Assembly: GCA_000993955.1 (NCBI GenBank)
Contig: LBZW01000001.1
Location: 1-42,447 of the forward strand
Length of the DNA: 42,447 nt
DNA from: Candidatus Nomurabacteria bacterium GW2011_GWA2_40_9
GTDB taxonomy: Bacteria > Patescibacteriota > Minisyncoccia > Phycocordibacterales > UBA9973
Direction of reading: 5' to 3'
A program made the translations under genes and the position numbers. The notes beneath the pieces were generated by a model. That model was not told the DNA's origin. It ran no database searches and worked only from the letters and a program-made list of their open reading frames with translations. This document shows positions 14,657-22,329 of this stretch, piece after piece (position 1 is the stretch's first letter; the number at the start of each line of letters is the position of its first letter).

Positions 14657-16528
14657 ATGGAAGAAATTTTAAAAAAAGATTTAAAACAAGAAATACAAAA
14701 ATTTTTTAAAGGGGATGTGGAAGATGGGGAAGAGACTCTCTCAAAGTATTCTAGGGATGCGAGTATTTTTGAAATTCGACCACAGTTGGTGCTTTTTCCA
14801 AAAGATACAGAAGATGTGAAAAGTTTAGTAAAGTGGGTCAGTGAAAATTGCGGTAGGCAAGACCTACCACAATTATCTATTACTTGTAGATGTGCAGGGA
14901 CGGATATGTCAGGCGGTGCTATAGGTGAATCTATTATCTTGGATTTTACGAGGTACATGAATAAGTTGATTGCATTTTCTCCCCTCCTTGTGGAGGAGGG
15001 GGTAGGGGGTGGTGATTCAAAATTACCCCCTCGCCCTTCGGGCACTCCCCCTTATCAAGGGGGAGAGGAAAACACAATCACGGTTGAACCTGGTATGTTT
15101 TATAGAGATTTTGAAAAAATAACTTTATCTAAAGGAATGATTTTGCCTTGTTATACTGCATCGAAAAGTTTAAATGCTATGGGTGGTATGTATGGAAATA
15201 ATTCTGCCGGAGAGCGAACACTCAAATACGGCAAAACTGACAATTATATCTTGGAATCAAAAGTAGTTTTCGGAGACGGGAATGAATATGTGGTGAAGCC
15301 ACTGACGGAAGAAGAATTGAACAAAAAAATATCTCAGAATGATTTTGAGGGAAATATTTATAAAAATATTTATGAGCTTATACAAAATAACCAAGAAGAA
15401 ATAAAAAATGCCAAGCCAAAAGTACACAAAAATTCTGCTGGGTATTATGTATGGAACGTGATGGGAGTAAATACGCAGGATGTGAAAAATTCTGCCGTCT
15501 TTACCCTTCCCGGAGTACCGGGTGGGACCTACGCCGATCAGGATTTTTCACATCCTGCGTATTTTGATTTAAACAAACTTCTCGTCGGCTCTCAGGGCAC
15601 ACTTGGCATAGCGACAGAAATTACTTTTAAATTAGTGCCAAATCCAAAGTACTCAAAACTTGTAGCAGTATTTATGAATGACCTGGCACCACTTGGGAAT
15701 CTCGTAGATGAGATTTTGGAATTAAATCCAGAGACGTTGGAAGCTTATGATGACAAGACTATGAAGCTCGCTGTCAGGTTTTTCCCAGATTTTTTGAAAA
15801 ATAAAGGGTTTATAGGCATGATAAAATTTATGTGGAGCTTCTTACCAGAACTCGGGATGACGATTACGGGAGGATTCCCTAAGCTTATTCTTCTGGCTGA
15901 ATTTGCCGGAGAAAATAATCTCGAAGTGCAGATAAAATGCAAAGCCCTGCAAGAAAAAATAAAACATTTTAACCTAAAAGTTCATATCACACATTCTACT
16001 GCTGAATCAAATAAATATTGGGACATTAGACGGGAGAGTTTTGCATTACTTCGCAAGCATGTAGCCGGCAAGCACACTGCGCCATTCATAGATGACATCA
16101 TAGTTCGTCCGGAATTCTTGCCGAAGTTTATTCCCCAGTTGAATGAGATCTTGAGAAAATATGATCTGACTTATACTATCGCAGGGCATGCAGGAGATGG
16201 AAATTTTCACATCATACCGCTCATGAATTTCTCTAGGCCTGATATGGGGCAGATAATTATGGAGCTATCAGAAAAGGTATATGACTTGGTTTTGAAATAC
16301 GAAGGCTCTATCACAGCAGAGCACAATGACGGCATTATCCGTACGCCATTCTTACAAAAAATGTACGGTGAGAAAATAATAGAAATATTTAAAGAAATAA
16401 AAAACATCTTTGATCTAAAATATATTTTGAACCCTGGCAAAAAAGTCCCCATAGAAGATGGCCAAGGCTCTAAAGAATTTATATTATCTCATATATATAA
16501 GGAGCATACGACGGTACACAAAGTCTAA
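14657..16528 (+). CDS. FAD-binding oxidoreductase (GlcD / D-lactate dehydrogenase family)
   Basis: N-terminal FAD_binding_4-like region (RCAGTDMSGGAIG), LVGSQGTLGIATEITFKL, and C-terminal HAGDGNFHI..GSITAEHNDG motifs. Carries two inserted repeat elements. Confidence 0.8.
   Translation: MEEILKKDLKQEIQKFFKGDVEDGEETLSKYSRDASIFEIRPQLVLFPKDTEDVKSLVKWVSENCGRQDLPQLSITCRCAGTDMSGGAIGESIILDFTRYMNKLIAFSPLLVEEGVGGGDSKLPPRPSGTPPYQGGEENTITVEPGMFYRDFEKITLSKGMILPCYTASKSLNAMGGMYGNNSAGERTLKYGKTDNYILESKVVFGDGNEYVVKPLTEEELNKKISQNDFEGNIYKNIYELIQNNQEEIKNAKPKVHKNSAGYYVWNVMGVNTQDVKNSAVFTLPGVPGGTYADQDFSHPAYFDLNKLLVGSQGTLGIATEITFKLVPNPKYSKLVAVFMNDLAPLGNLVDEILELNPETLEAYDDKTMKLAVRFFPDFLKNKGFIGMIKFMWSFLPELGMTITGGFPKLILLAEFAGENNLEVQIKCKALQEKIKHFNLKVHITHSTAESNKYWDIRRESFALLRKHVAGKHTAPFIDDIIVRPEFLPKFIPQLNEILRKYDLTYTIAGHAGDGNFHIIPLMNFSRPDMGQIIMELSEKVYDLVLKYEGSITAEHNDGIIRTPFLQKMYGEKIIEIFKEIKNIFDLKYILNPGKKVPIEDGQGSKEFILSHIYKEHTTVHKV
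14979..15065. repeat. Composite palindromic insertion: E-prime unit (14979-15012) plus family E unit in reverse orientation (15025-15065), in frame in the FAD oxidase
   Basis: CTCCCCTCC-TTGT-GGAGGAGGGG-GTAGGGGGTGG resembles the atpD copy. The reverse complement of 15025-15065 is CTCCCCC-TTGATAA-GGGGGAG-TG-CCC-GAA-GGG-CG-AGGGGGT. Encodes SPLLVEEGVGGGDSKLPPRPSGTPPYQGGE. Confidence 0.85.
15469..15564. repeat. 96-nt MITE-like element with 22-bp perfect terminal inverted repeats, in frame in the FAD oxidase
   Basis: AAATACGCAGGATGTGAAAAAT (15469-15490) and ATTTTTCACATCCTGCGTATTT (15543-15564) are exact reverse complements. The centre carries the GC hairpin CCCGG-AGTA-CCGGG. 96 nt equals 32 codons. 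Confidence 0.85.
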
Positions 16529-16601
16529 AATACACATTTCAGTCATGGCGTAAATATGTAAACGCCTTGCATTTCAAAGTTTTTCATATATAATGGTTTT
16601 T

Positions 16602-17246
16602 ATGTTTGCAATTAAAGCTAAAACAAGAGAAAAAGGAGTAAAGGGAGACATTTTGAAAAAGACAGGGGAAATTCCTGCAGTGTTTTACGGCATGGGTAAT
16701 GATGCTACCTCAATTTCTGTTCCAGTTGTTGAATTCAAAAAAGTTTGGCAGAAAGCAGGAGAGTCTTCCGCAGTAAAAATAGAAGTCGGTACAAAGAATT
16801 TCGATGTTATGATTCATGAAGTTCAGGTGCACCCAATCACTGGTGAACCTGTGCACATAGACTTCCTCGTGATCGACATGAACAAGAGCATTACAGTTTC
16901 TGTTCCACTTGAGTTTACTGGTGTATCTGGTGCTGTAAAGTCTGGACTTGGAGTATTGGTAAAAGTTTTGCATGAGATAGAAATAGAAGCTCTACCAAAA
17001 GATCTTCCTCAGGTTTTGACTGTTGATATATCAAAGTTGAATACTCTAGAAGATGGTATACTCGTTTCTGATATAGTTCTACCAAAAGGAGTAACTCTAG
17101 TAACCGAGGGGACTGATGTGGTTGCTTCTATCGCAGAGCAAAAAGAAGAAGTGGAAGCAGTAGCGACCCCTGTGGATTTGTCTGCTATTGAAGTAGAAAA
17201 GAAAGGAAAGAAAGAAGAGGAAGCTCCTGTCTCAGAAGATAAATAA
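16602..17246 (+). CDS. rplY: 50S ribosomal protein L25/Ctc
   Basis: L25/Ctc pattern (KAKTREKG..GEIPAVFYG.., HPITGEPVHIDF) with an acidic C-terminal tail. Start at ATG 16602, 7 nt after TATAAT (16589-16594). Confidence 0.9.
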   Translation: MFAIKAKTREKGVKGDILKKTGEIPAVFYGMGNDATSISVPVVEFKKVWQKAGESSAVKIEVGTKNFDVMIHEVQVHPITGEPVHIDFLVIDMNKSITVSVPLEFTGVSGAVKSGLGVLVKVLHEIEIEALPKDLPQVLTVDISKLNTLEDGILVSDIVLPKGVTLVTEGTDVVASIAEQKEEVEAVATPVDLSAIEVEKKGKKEEEAPVSEDK

Positions 17247-17284
17247 TTTTTCTAATTTAGCATTTTTTATGCTACAATAAAGCT

Positions 17285-18625
17285 ATGATCAAACGATTCG
17301 CCATAGCTTTATTTGTAGTTATATTTATATTTGGAAATTCGTCTGTACAGAAAACATACGGAGCTTTTGATTGTTTAAATTTAACAGTCTCTTCGGTTCA
17401 AGCAGACAAGGATTATTGTAAAGTTGAGCTTACAAAAATAGAAGCTGAACTCACTGAATTATTAAATAAACAAAAGGAACAACAGAAAAATACGGGAACG
17501 CTAAAGGGGGATGTGAATTACCTGACCAGTCAGATCAATGCTTTGAAAACAAAAATAAAAAGTAGAGCTCTGGTGATAGCAAGCTTGAAAGTTTCTATTT
17601 CTGAAAAATCTTCAAAAATAGAATCTTTAGAAGAAAAAATTGATAGTCAGTATGAATCCTTGGCACAGCTACTGCGAAATACAAATGATTTTGATAATGA
17701 AAATCTAGTGCACCTACTTCTTTCAGACAATAATCTGTCTTCATTTTATTCTGACATAGAGTCTTATTCTTCTTTGAAGCAAGCCATCAAAACTTCAGTG
17801 GATGATATAAAAGGAGTAAAAACGGAAACAGAAGTTGAAAAAAAAGAACTTGAAATAAAAAGAAATGCAGAGACTGATGCAAAAATAGAACTAGAAACTA
17901 CTCAAAAAAAGGTAGTTAAGACTGAATCTGAAAAGAAGCAACTTCTCTCTATTAGTCAAAAACAAGAAGAAGCTTACAAAAAATTAGCCGCAGAAAAAAA
18001 AGCAAAAGCAGACAAAATTCGTACGGCACTTTTTGCTCTTCGAGATACAAAAGCTATTCCTTTTGGTACAGCGTTTGAATATGCAAAGGCAGCTGGAGCG
18101 AAGACAGGTGTGAGGCCCGCATTTCTTCTCGCAATCTTAACCCAAGAAACAAATCTTGGAGCAAATGTTGGCACTTGTAACCGCACCACTGACCCCGTGT
18201 CTAAAAGCTGGGAAAATATAATGAAACCAGAGCGAGACATTGAGCCTTTCAAGCGGATCACTGATGCCCTCGGTATTCCTCGTGAGGGCACACCACTTTC
18301 TTGCCCGTCCGGTGGTGGCTGGGGTGGAGCCATGGGGCCATCACAATTTATCCCTTCGACTTGGGAACTTTATGCCAAAAAAGTAGCTAGCGGACTCGGA
18401 ATAAGTGGTATGCCGAATCCATGGGATCCAAAGCATGCATTCATGGCTTCTTCTATATATTTAGGAGAATTAGGTGCAAGTAAGGGTGGCTATACAGCAG
18501 AACGAACAGCAGCACTCAAATATTATGCTGGAAGTAATTGGAATAAAAAGACAAATGCTTTTTATGGCAATAATGTTATGAAACATGCCACTCGGATCCA
18601 AGCAGACATAGATTTGCTCCAGTAG
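17285..18625 (+). CDS. Secreted coiled-coil protein with C-terminal lytic transglycosylase (SLT_2/MltB-like) domain
   Basis: Signal or TM N-terminus, a long coiled coil, then LAILTQETNLG (catalytic Glu) and GAMGPSQFIPSTW. Confidence 0.75.
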   Translation: MIKRFAIALFVVIFIFGNSSVQKTYGAFDCLNLTVSSVQADKDYCKVELTKIEAELTELLNKQKEQQKNTGTLKGDVNYLTSQINALKTKIKSRALVIASLKVSISEKSSKIESLEEKIDSQYESLAQLLRNTNDFDNENLVHLLLSDNNLSSFYSDIESYSSLKQAIKTSVDDIKGVKTETEVEKKELEIKRNAETDAKIELETTQKKVVKTESEKKQLLSISQKQEEAYKKLAAEKKAKADKIRTALFALRDTKAIPFGTAFEYAKAAGAKTGVRPAFLLAILTQETNLGANVGTCNRTTDPVSKSWENIMKPERDIEPFKRITDALGIPREGTPLSCPSGGGWGGAMGPSQFIPSTWELYAKKVASGLGISGMPNPWDPKHAFMASSIYLGELGASKGGYTAERTAALKYYAGSNWNKKTNAFYGNNVMKHATRIQADIDLLQ

Positions 18626-18677
18626 TTTACTTTTGAGTTTGCTTTCAATTTAATCTTGTGTTATTCTGACTTAACTT

Positions 18678-18893
18678 ATGAAAAAAGACATACACCCAAA
18701 ATACGATATAAAAGCAAAGGCAACCTGCGCATGTGGAGCAGTTTTTGAGATTGGTTCTACGATGGGAGAGGTACATATGGAAATCTGTAGTCAATGTCAC
18801 CCTTTTTATACTGGAAATGAAAAACTCATGGACACTGCTGGACGCGTAGACAGATTCAATAAACGCAAGGCTGCTTCTCTAAAAGCTCAATAA
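18678..18893 (+). CDS. rpmE: 50S ribosomal protein L31
   Basis: MKKDIHPKY.., CxC...[10 protein letters not shown]. Confidence 0.95.
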   Translation: MKKDIHPKYDIKAKATCACGAVFEIGSTMGEVHMEICSQCHPFYTGNEKLMDTAGRVDRFNKRKAASLKAQ

Positions 18894-18896
18894 ATC

Positions 18897-19883
18897 ATGG
18901 ACTTGGAAGAACTTAAAAAAAATCATAACACTAGCTACTTGGCAGGTATTTTGGAGCGTCTAGCTCGTGAAGAAGCGGAGGTGCGAGAGATGATGGGCGG
19001 GGACGATAGTCTGCATGATATGGCGGCCCAAGAATTGAAACTTATCCAAGAACAGCGTGAAAATACAGAAAAGCAAATTCAAGATATTTTAGATAAAGAT
19101 AAAGCTGAAGAAGACAAAAATAACGAATCGCCAAATGAAATAGTGCTAGAAGTGCGGGCCGGTGCTGGCGGAGATGAGGCATCCCTTTTCGCTTGGGAGC
19201 TTGCCCATATGTATGAGCGCTTTGCTGAAGTCCAAGGTTGGCAATGGAAGACAAATTATGAGTCAAAGAGCGATCTGTCTGGCTACAAAGAAGCGAGTTT
19301 TGAAATAAAAGGCAAGGAGAATCAGAATGTGTATAAAATGATGCGTGGGGAGACAGGCGTGCACCGAGTACAGAGAATTCCCGCTACAGAGAAAAACGGT
19401 CGAGTGCATACATCTACTGCGTCTGTTGCCGTGCTACCGATAAAGAAAAAAGTAAATTTTGAAATAAATCCTGCAGAATTCGAGTTAGAATATTCTCGCT
19501 CTGGAGGGAAGGGTGGGCAGAATGTGAACAAGGTTGAGACTGCTGTGCGAATAATTCATTTACCCACAGGGCTCGATGTTCGCTCTACGAACGAACGCAG
19601 TCAGCTCGCAAATAGAGAAAAAGCAATGATGATTTTGACCGCTAAATTACAACTCTTAAAAGAAGAAGAAGAAGCGAGAAAGTACGCAGGCGAACGCAAG
19701 AGCCAGATAGGCACAGGGGACAGAAGTGAGAAAATCCGCACCTACAATTTCCCGCAAGACCGAGTGACAGACCACCGCATCAAAAAATCTTGGCACAATC
19801 TGCCAAAAATAATGGAAGGAGAAATAACAGATATTATAGAGTCGCTAAATTCTGGGGTAGTGGGGGATGAAGAGGAGGAATAA
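18897..19883 (+). CDS. prfA: Peptide chain release factor 1
   Basis: PAT tripeptide (RIPATEKNGRVHTS) and GGQ (SGGKGGQNVNKVETAV). Confidence 0.92.
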   Translation: MDLEELKKNHNTSYLAGILERLAREEAEVREMMGGDDSLHDMAAQELKLIQEQRENTEKQIQDILDKDKAEEDKNNESPNEIVLEVRAGAGGDEASLFAWELAHMYERFAEVQGWQWKTNYESKSDLSGYKEASFEIKGKENQNVYKMMRGETGVHRVQRIPATEKNGRVHTSTASVAVLPIKKKVNFEINPAEFELEYSRSGGKGGQNVNKVETAVRIIHLPTGLDVRSTNERSQLANREKAMMILTAKLQLLKEEEEARKYAGERKSQIGTGDRSEKIRTYNFPQDRVTDHRIKKSWHNLPKIMEGEITDIIESLNSGVVGDEEEE

Positions 19884-19893
19884 AAAATAAAAC

Positions 19894-19922
19894 TTGCTAA
19901 GTAATTTTAATTTTAATATAAT
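19894..19922 (+). promoter_or_regulatory. Sigma70-type promoter TTGCTA-17-TATAAT, 6 nt upstream of ATG 19929 (leaderless-type)
   Basis: TTGCTA 19894-19899, TATAAT 19917-19922, ATG 19929. Confidence 0.55.
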
Positions 19923-19928
19923 ACACAT

Positions 19929-20141
19929 ATGAATAAGAAAGTAGACACAATATCTAATAACTTTAGTAAAATAGTCGATTCTTTTAAGGACAAATGGGTT
20001 GCTGTACCTCTAGATTATTCTGAGGTTGTTGCTAGTGCCGATACATTAAATGGTGTTACAAGTAAAATAAAGAAAAACAGTAATTTAAAAATATTTAAGG
20101 TGATTCCTTTTGATATGATTTATTCCCCATTTAATTTATGA
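19929..20141 (+). CDS. Small hypothetical protein (DUF5678-like by eye)
   Basis: 70 aa. The segment FKDKWVAVPLDYSEVVASADTLNGV..KIFKVIP resembles the short KGKWVAV..VVA..VP pattern of DUF5678. Its stop overlaps the next start (ATGA). Confidence 0.4.
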   Translation: MNKKVDTISNNFSKIVDSFKDKWVAVPLDYSEVVASADTLNGVTSKIKKNSNLKIFKVIPFDMIYSPFNL

Positions 20142-20545
20142 AGTATAGTTATTTAACTTCTTTTAATCCTAGAACTGGTCAGCATTTTCGTAGACCAATT
20201 GTTGATGTTGAAATCTTTGGTCCAACAGGAAATTTTAGTACTATCGCACTACTTGATTCTGGGGCGGATAACTGTCTTTTCAATATTGAATACGCAAAAG
20301 AAATAGGTATTGATTTAAATAAATGTACAAAAACTTCAACTACTGGTGTGGAGGGTGATAGGACAGATGTGTATCTTACTGAAATTTATATTCAAGTTAA
20401 ATTTTTAGATAAAATAAAAATAGAAGTAGGATTTATTGATAGCAGGTCTGTAAATGGCTTACTCGGTCAAATAGGATTTTTTGATTTGAATCGCATCAAA
20501 TTTGAGCGTGACCATGGAACTTTTGAAATAAATCCTGTGAAATAA
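20138..20545 (+). CDS. Retropepsin-like (clan AA) aspartic protease
   Basis: 135 aa. Active-site loop ALLDSGADNCLF (D-S-G-A) and C-terminal GLLGQIGFFD dimerisation-like segment. Confidence 0.7.
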   Translation: MKYSYLTSFNPRTGQHFRRPIVDVEIFGPTGNFSTIALLDSGADNCLFNIEYAKEIGIDLNKCTKTSTTGVEGDRTDVYLTEIYIQVKFLDKIKIEVGFIDSRSVNGLLGQIGFFDLNRIKFERDHGTFEINPVK

Positions 20546-20547
20546 TT

Positions 20548-21156
20548 ATGCACTTTAACCAAGAAAAATATATGTATAATCCGGGAGAGAATATTAAACT
20601 TTGGGATAAAATAGGATTATCTAAACAAGAGCTTGAAAAGATTGCCTTGGATTTTGAAAGACAAACAATAAAAAACCATGAAAATGTTAGGAAAACAGCG
20701 TGCTCTATTGAACAGGAGTTTGGGGAGCGTGGAGTTGATTTTGAGGGAATCATTTTTGCACAACTTTCAAAAGAGTTTAATCCAGAGGATGTTGATTTTA
20801 ATAATGAAATAGAAAAGAGTATGCGTAATATAGTTAGCACTAGTTACAGTCAATATATTGTTGACGGAGTTTATCCACGCACTCATCTAATTGAGCTTAA
20901 AAAGAATGAGGGGGGGGGTTATAGGATTAATTTTGATATTAATTATGAGTATAGAGATGCTCATCAATTGTTCCTTTTTATTGCAAGTAAAATTCCTGAT
21001 TTTTATCGTAAACTAGAAAAAGCTCGAATTGAAAGAAAACCGTTAGAGTTGGCACGTGATATTGAAAAACAATTTGGCCTTGGTATGTATCGTAAGATTA
21101 CTACAGCACAGGTTGCAGATGCACGTAAGTTGTTGTTTAAACTGGGAAAATTTTAG
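20548..21156 (+). CDS. Hypothetical protein, no recognisable domain
   Basis: 202-aa ORF starting 2 nt after the protease stop. Same strand and codon style. Confidence 0.45.
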   Translation: MHFNQEKYMYNPGENIKLWDKIGLSKQELEKIALDFERQTIKNHENVRKTACSIEQEFGERGVDFEGIIFAQLSKEFNPEDVDFNNEIEKSMRNIVSTSYSQYIVDGVYPRTHLIELKKNEGGGYRINFDINYEYRDAHQLFLFIASKIPDFYRKLEKARIERKPLELARDIEKQFGLGMYRKITTAQVADARKLLFKLGKF

Positions 21157-21322
21157 AAAAACAAGGGTGACCTATATTCATTTTTCAAAAAAATCAAGGG
21201 TAACTGTTTTACAATTGCTTTTTATTTATTGGTATGAGATACTGATAATGTAGTTTCTCGATGTTTCTACATATTATAATTAGTTTTTGCCGGAGTTTTT
21301 AAAAACCGGAGAAGTAAAATAT

Positions 21323-21679
21323 ATGGCTACAAAGCTATATGTAGGGGGACTCCCTTACAGTACACAAGAAGATGCTCTACGAGAACTCTTCGCACAAGCA
21401 GGTTCTGTCACATCTGCTGTGATTATCATGGACAAAATGTCTGGTCGCTCAAAAGGTTTCGGATTCGTAGAAATGGCTAATGATGCAGATGCACAAAAAG
21501 CTATCTCTATGTTCAACGACCAAGAATTTGAAGGACGCAAACTCACAGTCAACGAAGCTCGCCCTATGGAAGCTCGCCCACCACGAACAGGTGGAAATGG
21601 CGGTGGATACGGAGGAGGCAATAGTCATGGAGGAGGAGGGTATGGAGGAGGCCGCTCAGGTGGACGCCGAGAATACTAA
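21323..21679 (+). CDS. RRM-type RNA-binding protein with Gly/Arg-rich tail
   Basis: RNP-2 LYVGGL, RNP-1 KGFGFVEM, and a GGNGGGYGGG..RSGGRR tail. Start at ATG 21323, preceded by GGAG. Confidence 0.9.
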   Translation: MATKLYVGGLPYSTQEDALRELFAQAGSVTSAVIIMDKMSGRSKGFGFVEMANDADAQKAISMFNDQEFEGRKLTVNEARPMEARPPRTGGNGGGYGGGNSHGGGGYGGGRSGGRREY

Positions 21680-21708
21680 ATCTTTTTTTTCCAAATTTAA
21701 TTTCGTTA

Positions 21709-21742
21709 AAACAAAAACACCTCGTACGAGGTGTTTTTGTTT
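21709..21742 (+). terminator. Intrinsic terminator after the RRM gene
   Basis: AAACAAAAACACCTCG-TA-CGAGGTGTTTTTGTTT: a 16-bp stem with a GC core, flanked by A and T runs (symmetrical). Confidence 0.8.
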
Positions 21743-21805
21743 GCTTAAAAACATTCTTTTTGTTATATTTTCTATGCGGGATTATTTCTCCTGCTTTTGT
21801 GTTTT

Positions 21806-21880
21806 GAGCATGTAGTTCAGTGGTAGAACGCTGTCCTGATAAGACAGAGGTCGATGGTCCGATTCCATCCATGCTCACCA
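21806..21880 (+). tRNA. tRNA-Ile (anticodon GAU) with encoded CCA and an unusual T-loop (C at position 55)
   Basis: Acceptor GAGCATG/CATGCTC, D-arm GTTC-AGTGGTA-GAAC, anticodon stem CTGTC/GACAG with loop CTGATAA, T-arm GATGG-TCCGATT-CCATC, ACCA. Confidence 0.85.
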
Positions 21881-22000
21881 GGCACAAGAAAAATAAACTG
21901 CTTTATTTTTCTTGCCTTGGTGAGGACCGCAGCGATGTTTTGCCAGCAGGCAAAACCGCGAGGGGCGGGTTGCGAAAATTCCGAGCGATAGCGAGGAATT
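21874..22000 (+). other. GC-rich multi-hairpin spacer between tRNA-Ile and the atp operon
   Basis: A long interrupted hairpin pairs the tRNA 3' end (CTCACCAGG..) with 21902-21924 (..CCTTGGTGAG). GTTTTGCC-AGCA-GGCAAAAC lies at 21937-21956, and AATTCC-N12-GGAATT at 21977-22000. Confidence 0.6.
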
Positions 22001-22038
22001 ATTTGTAGCCACAATGTGCGGGTATTTTATAAAATTTT

Positions 22039-22329
22039 ATGGAAACAGAAAATTCAAAAAACAATAGTGCTATTTGGAGACCTGTGATTCTTTTTTATGC
22101 CAAGACAACATCTTGGATTATATTTCCGTTGATTTTAGGAGTATTGCTTGCAAAATATATCAGCAAAACTACTAGCAGTCAGATTTTATTTTTTGTTATA
22201 ATAATTTTGGGTTTTATGATAACATGTTTTGGTATTTATAAAGAAGTGAAAGTATATAAAAGTACTTTAGATAAACAAGACCCACCTTCGCACAAGGCTA
22301 CGGATGGGCAAGTAAAAAATGGCAAATAA
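22039..22329 (+). CDS. Small 2-TM protein, AtpI/AtpZ-like by position
   Basis: 96 aa, two hydrophobic helices. Lies immediately upstream of and overlapping atpB. Confidence 0.4.
   Translation: METENSKNNSAIWRPVILFYAKTTSWIIFPLILGVLLAKYISKTTSSQILFFVIIILGFMITCFGIYKEVKVYKSTLDKQDPPSHKATDGQVKNGK

Noticed and set aside
21157-21322. Direct repeats CAAGGGT(G/A)AC (21169-21181 and 21194-21206) and CCGGAG x2 in the long upstream region of the RRM gene, as a possible riboswitch or cold-shock-type leader
   Set aside because: The repeats are short, and I could find no convincing conserved secondary structure by hand. Noted only as an unusually long 5' region.
21590-21670. G-rich DNA at the 3' end of the RRM gene resembling the G-runs of family E
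   Set aside because: No complementary C-rich arm or hairpin is present. A Gly/Arg-rich tail is a normal feature of bacterial RRM/glycine-rich RNA-binding proteins.
22279-22309. CCCACC-TTCGCACAAGGCTAC-GGATGGG near the end of the AtpI-like ORF, with CCTTCG and CAAGGC motifs reminiscent of families E and C
   Set aside because: The stem has a mismatch and is only 6 bp. The similarity to other families is limited to hexamers. Not distinguishable from chance by eye.
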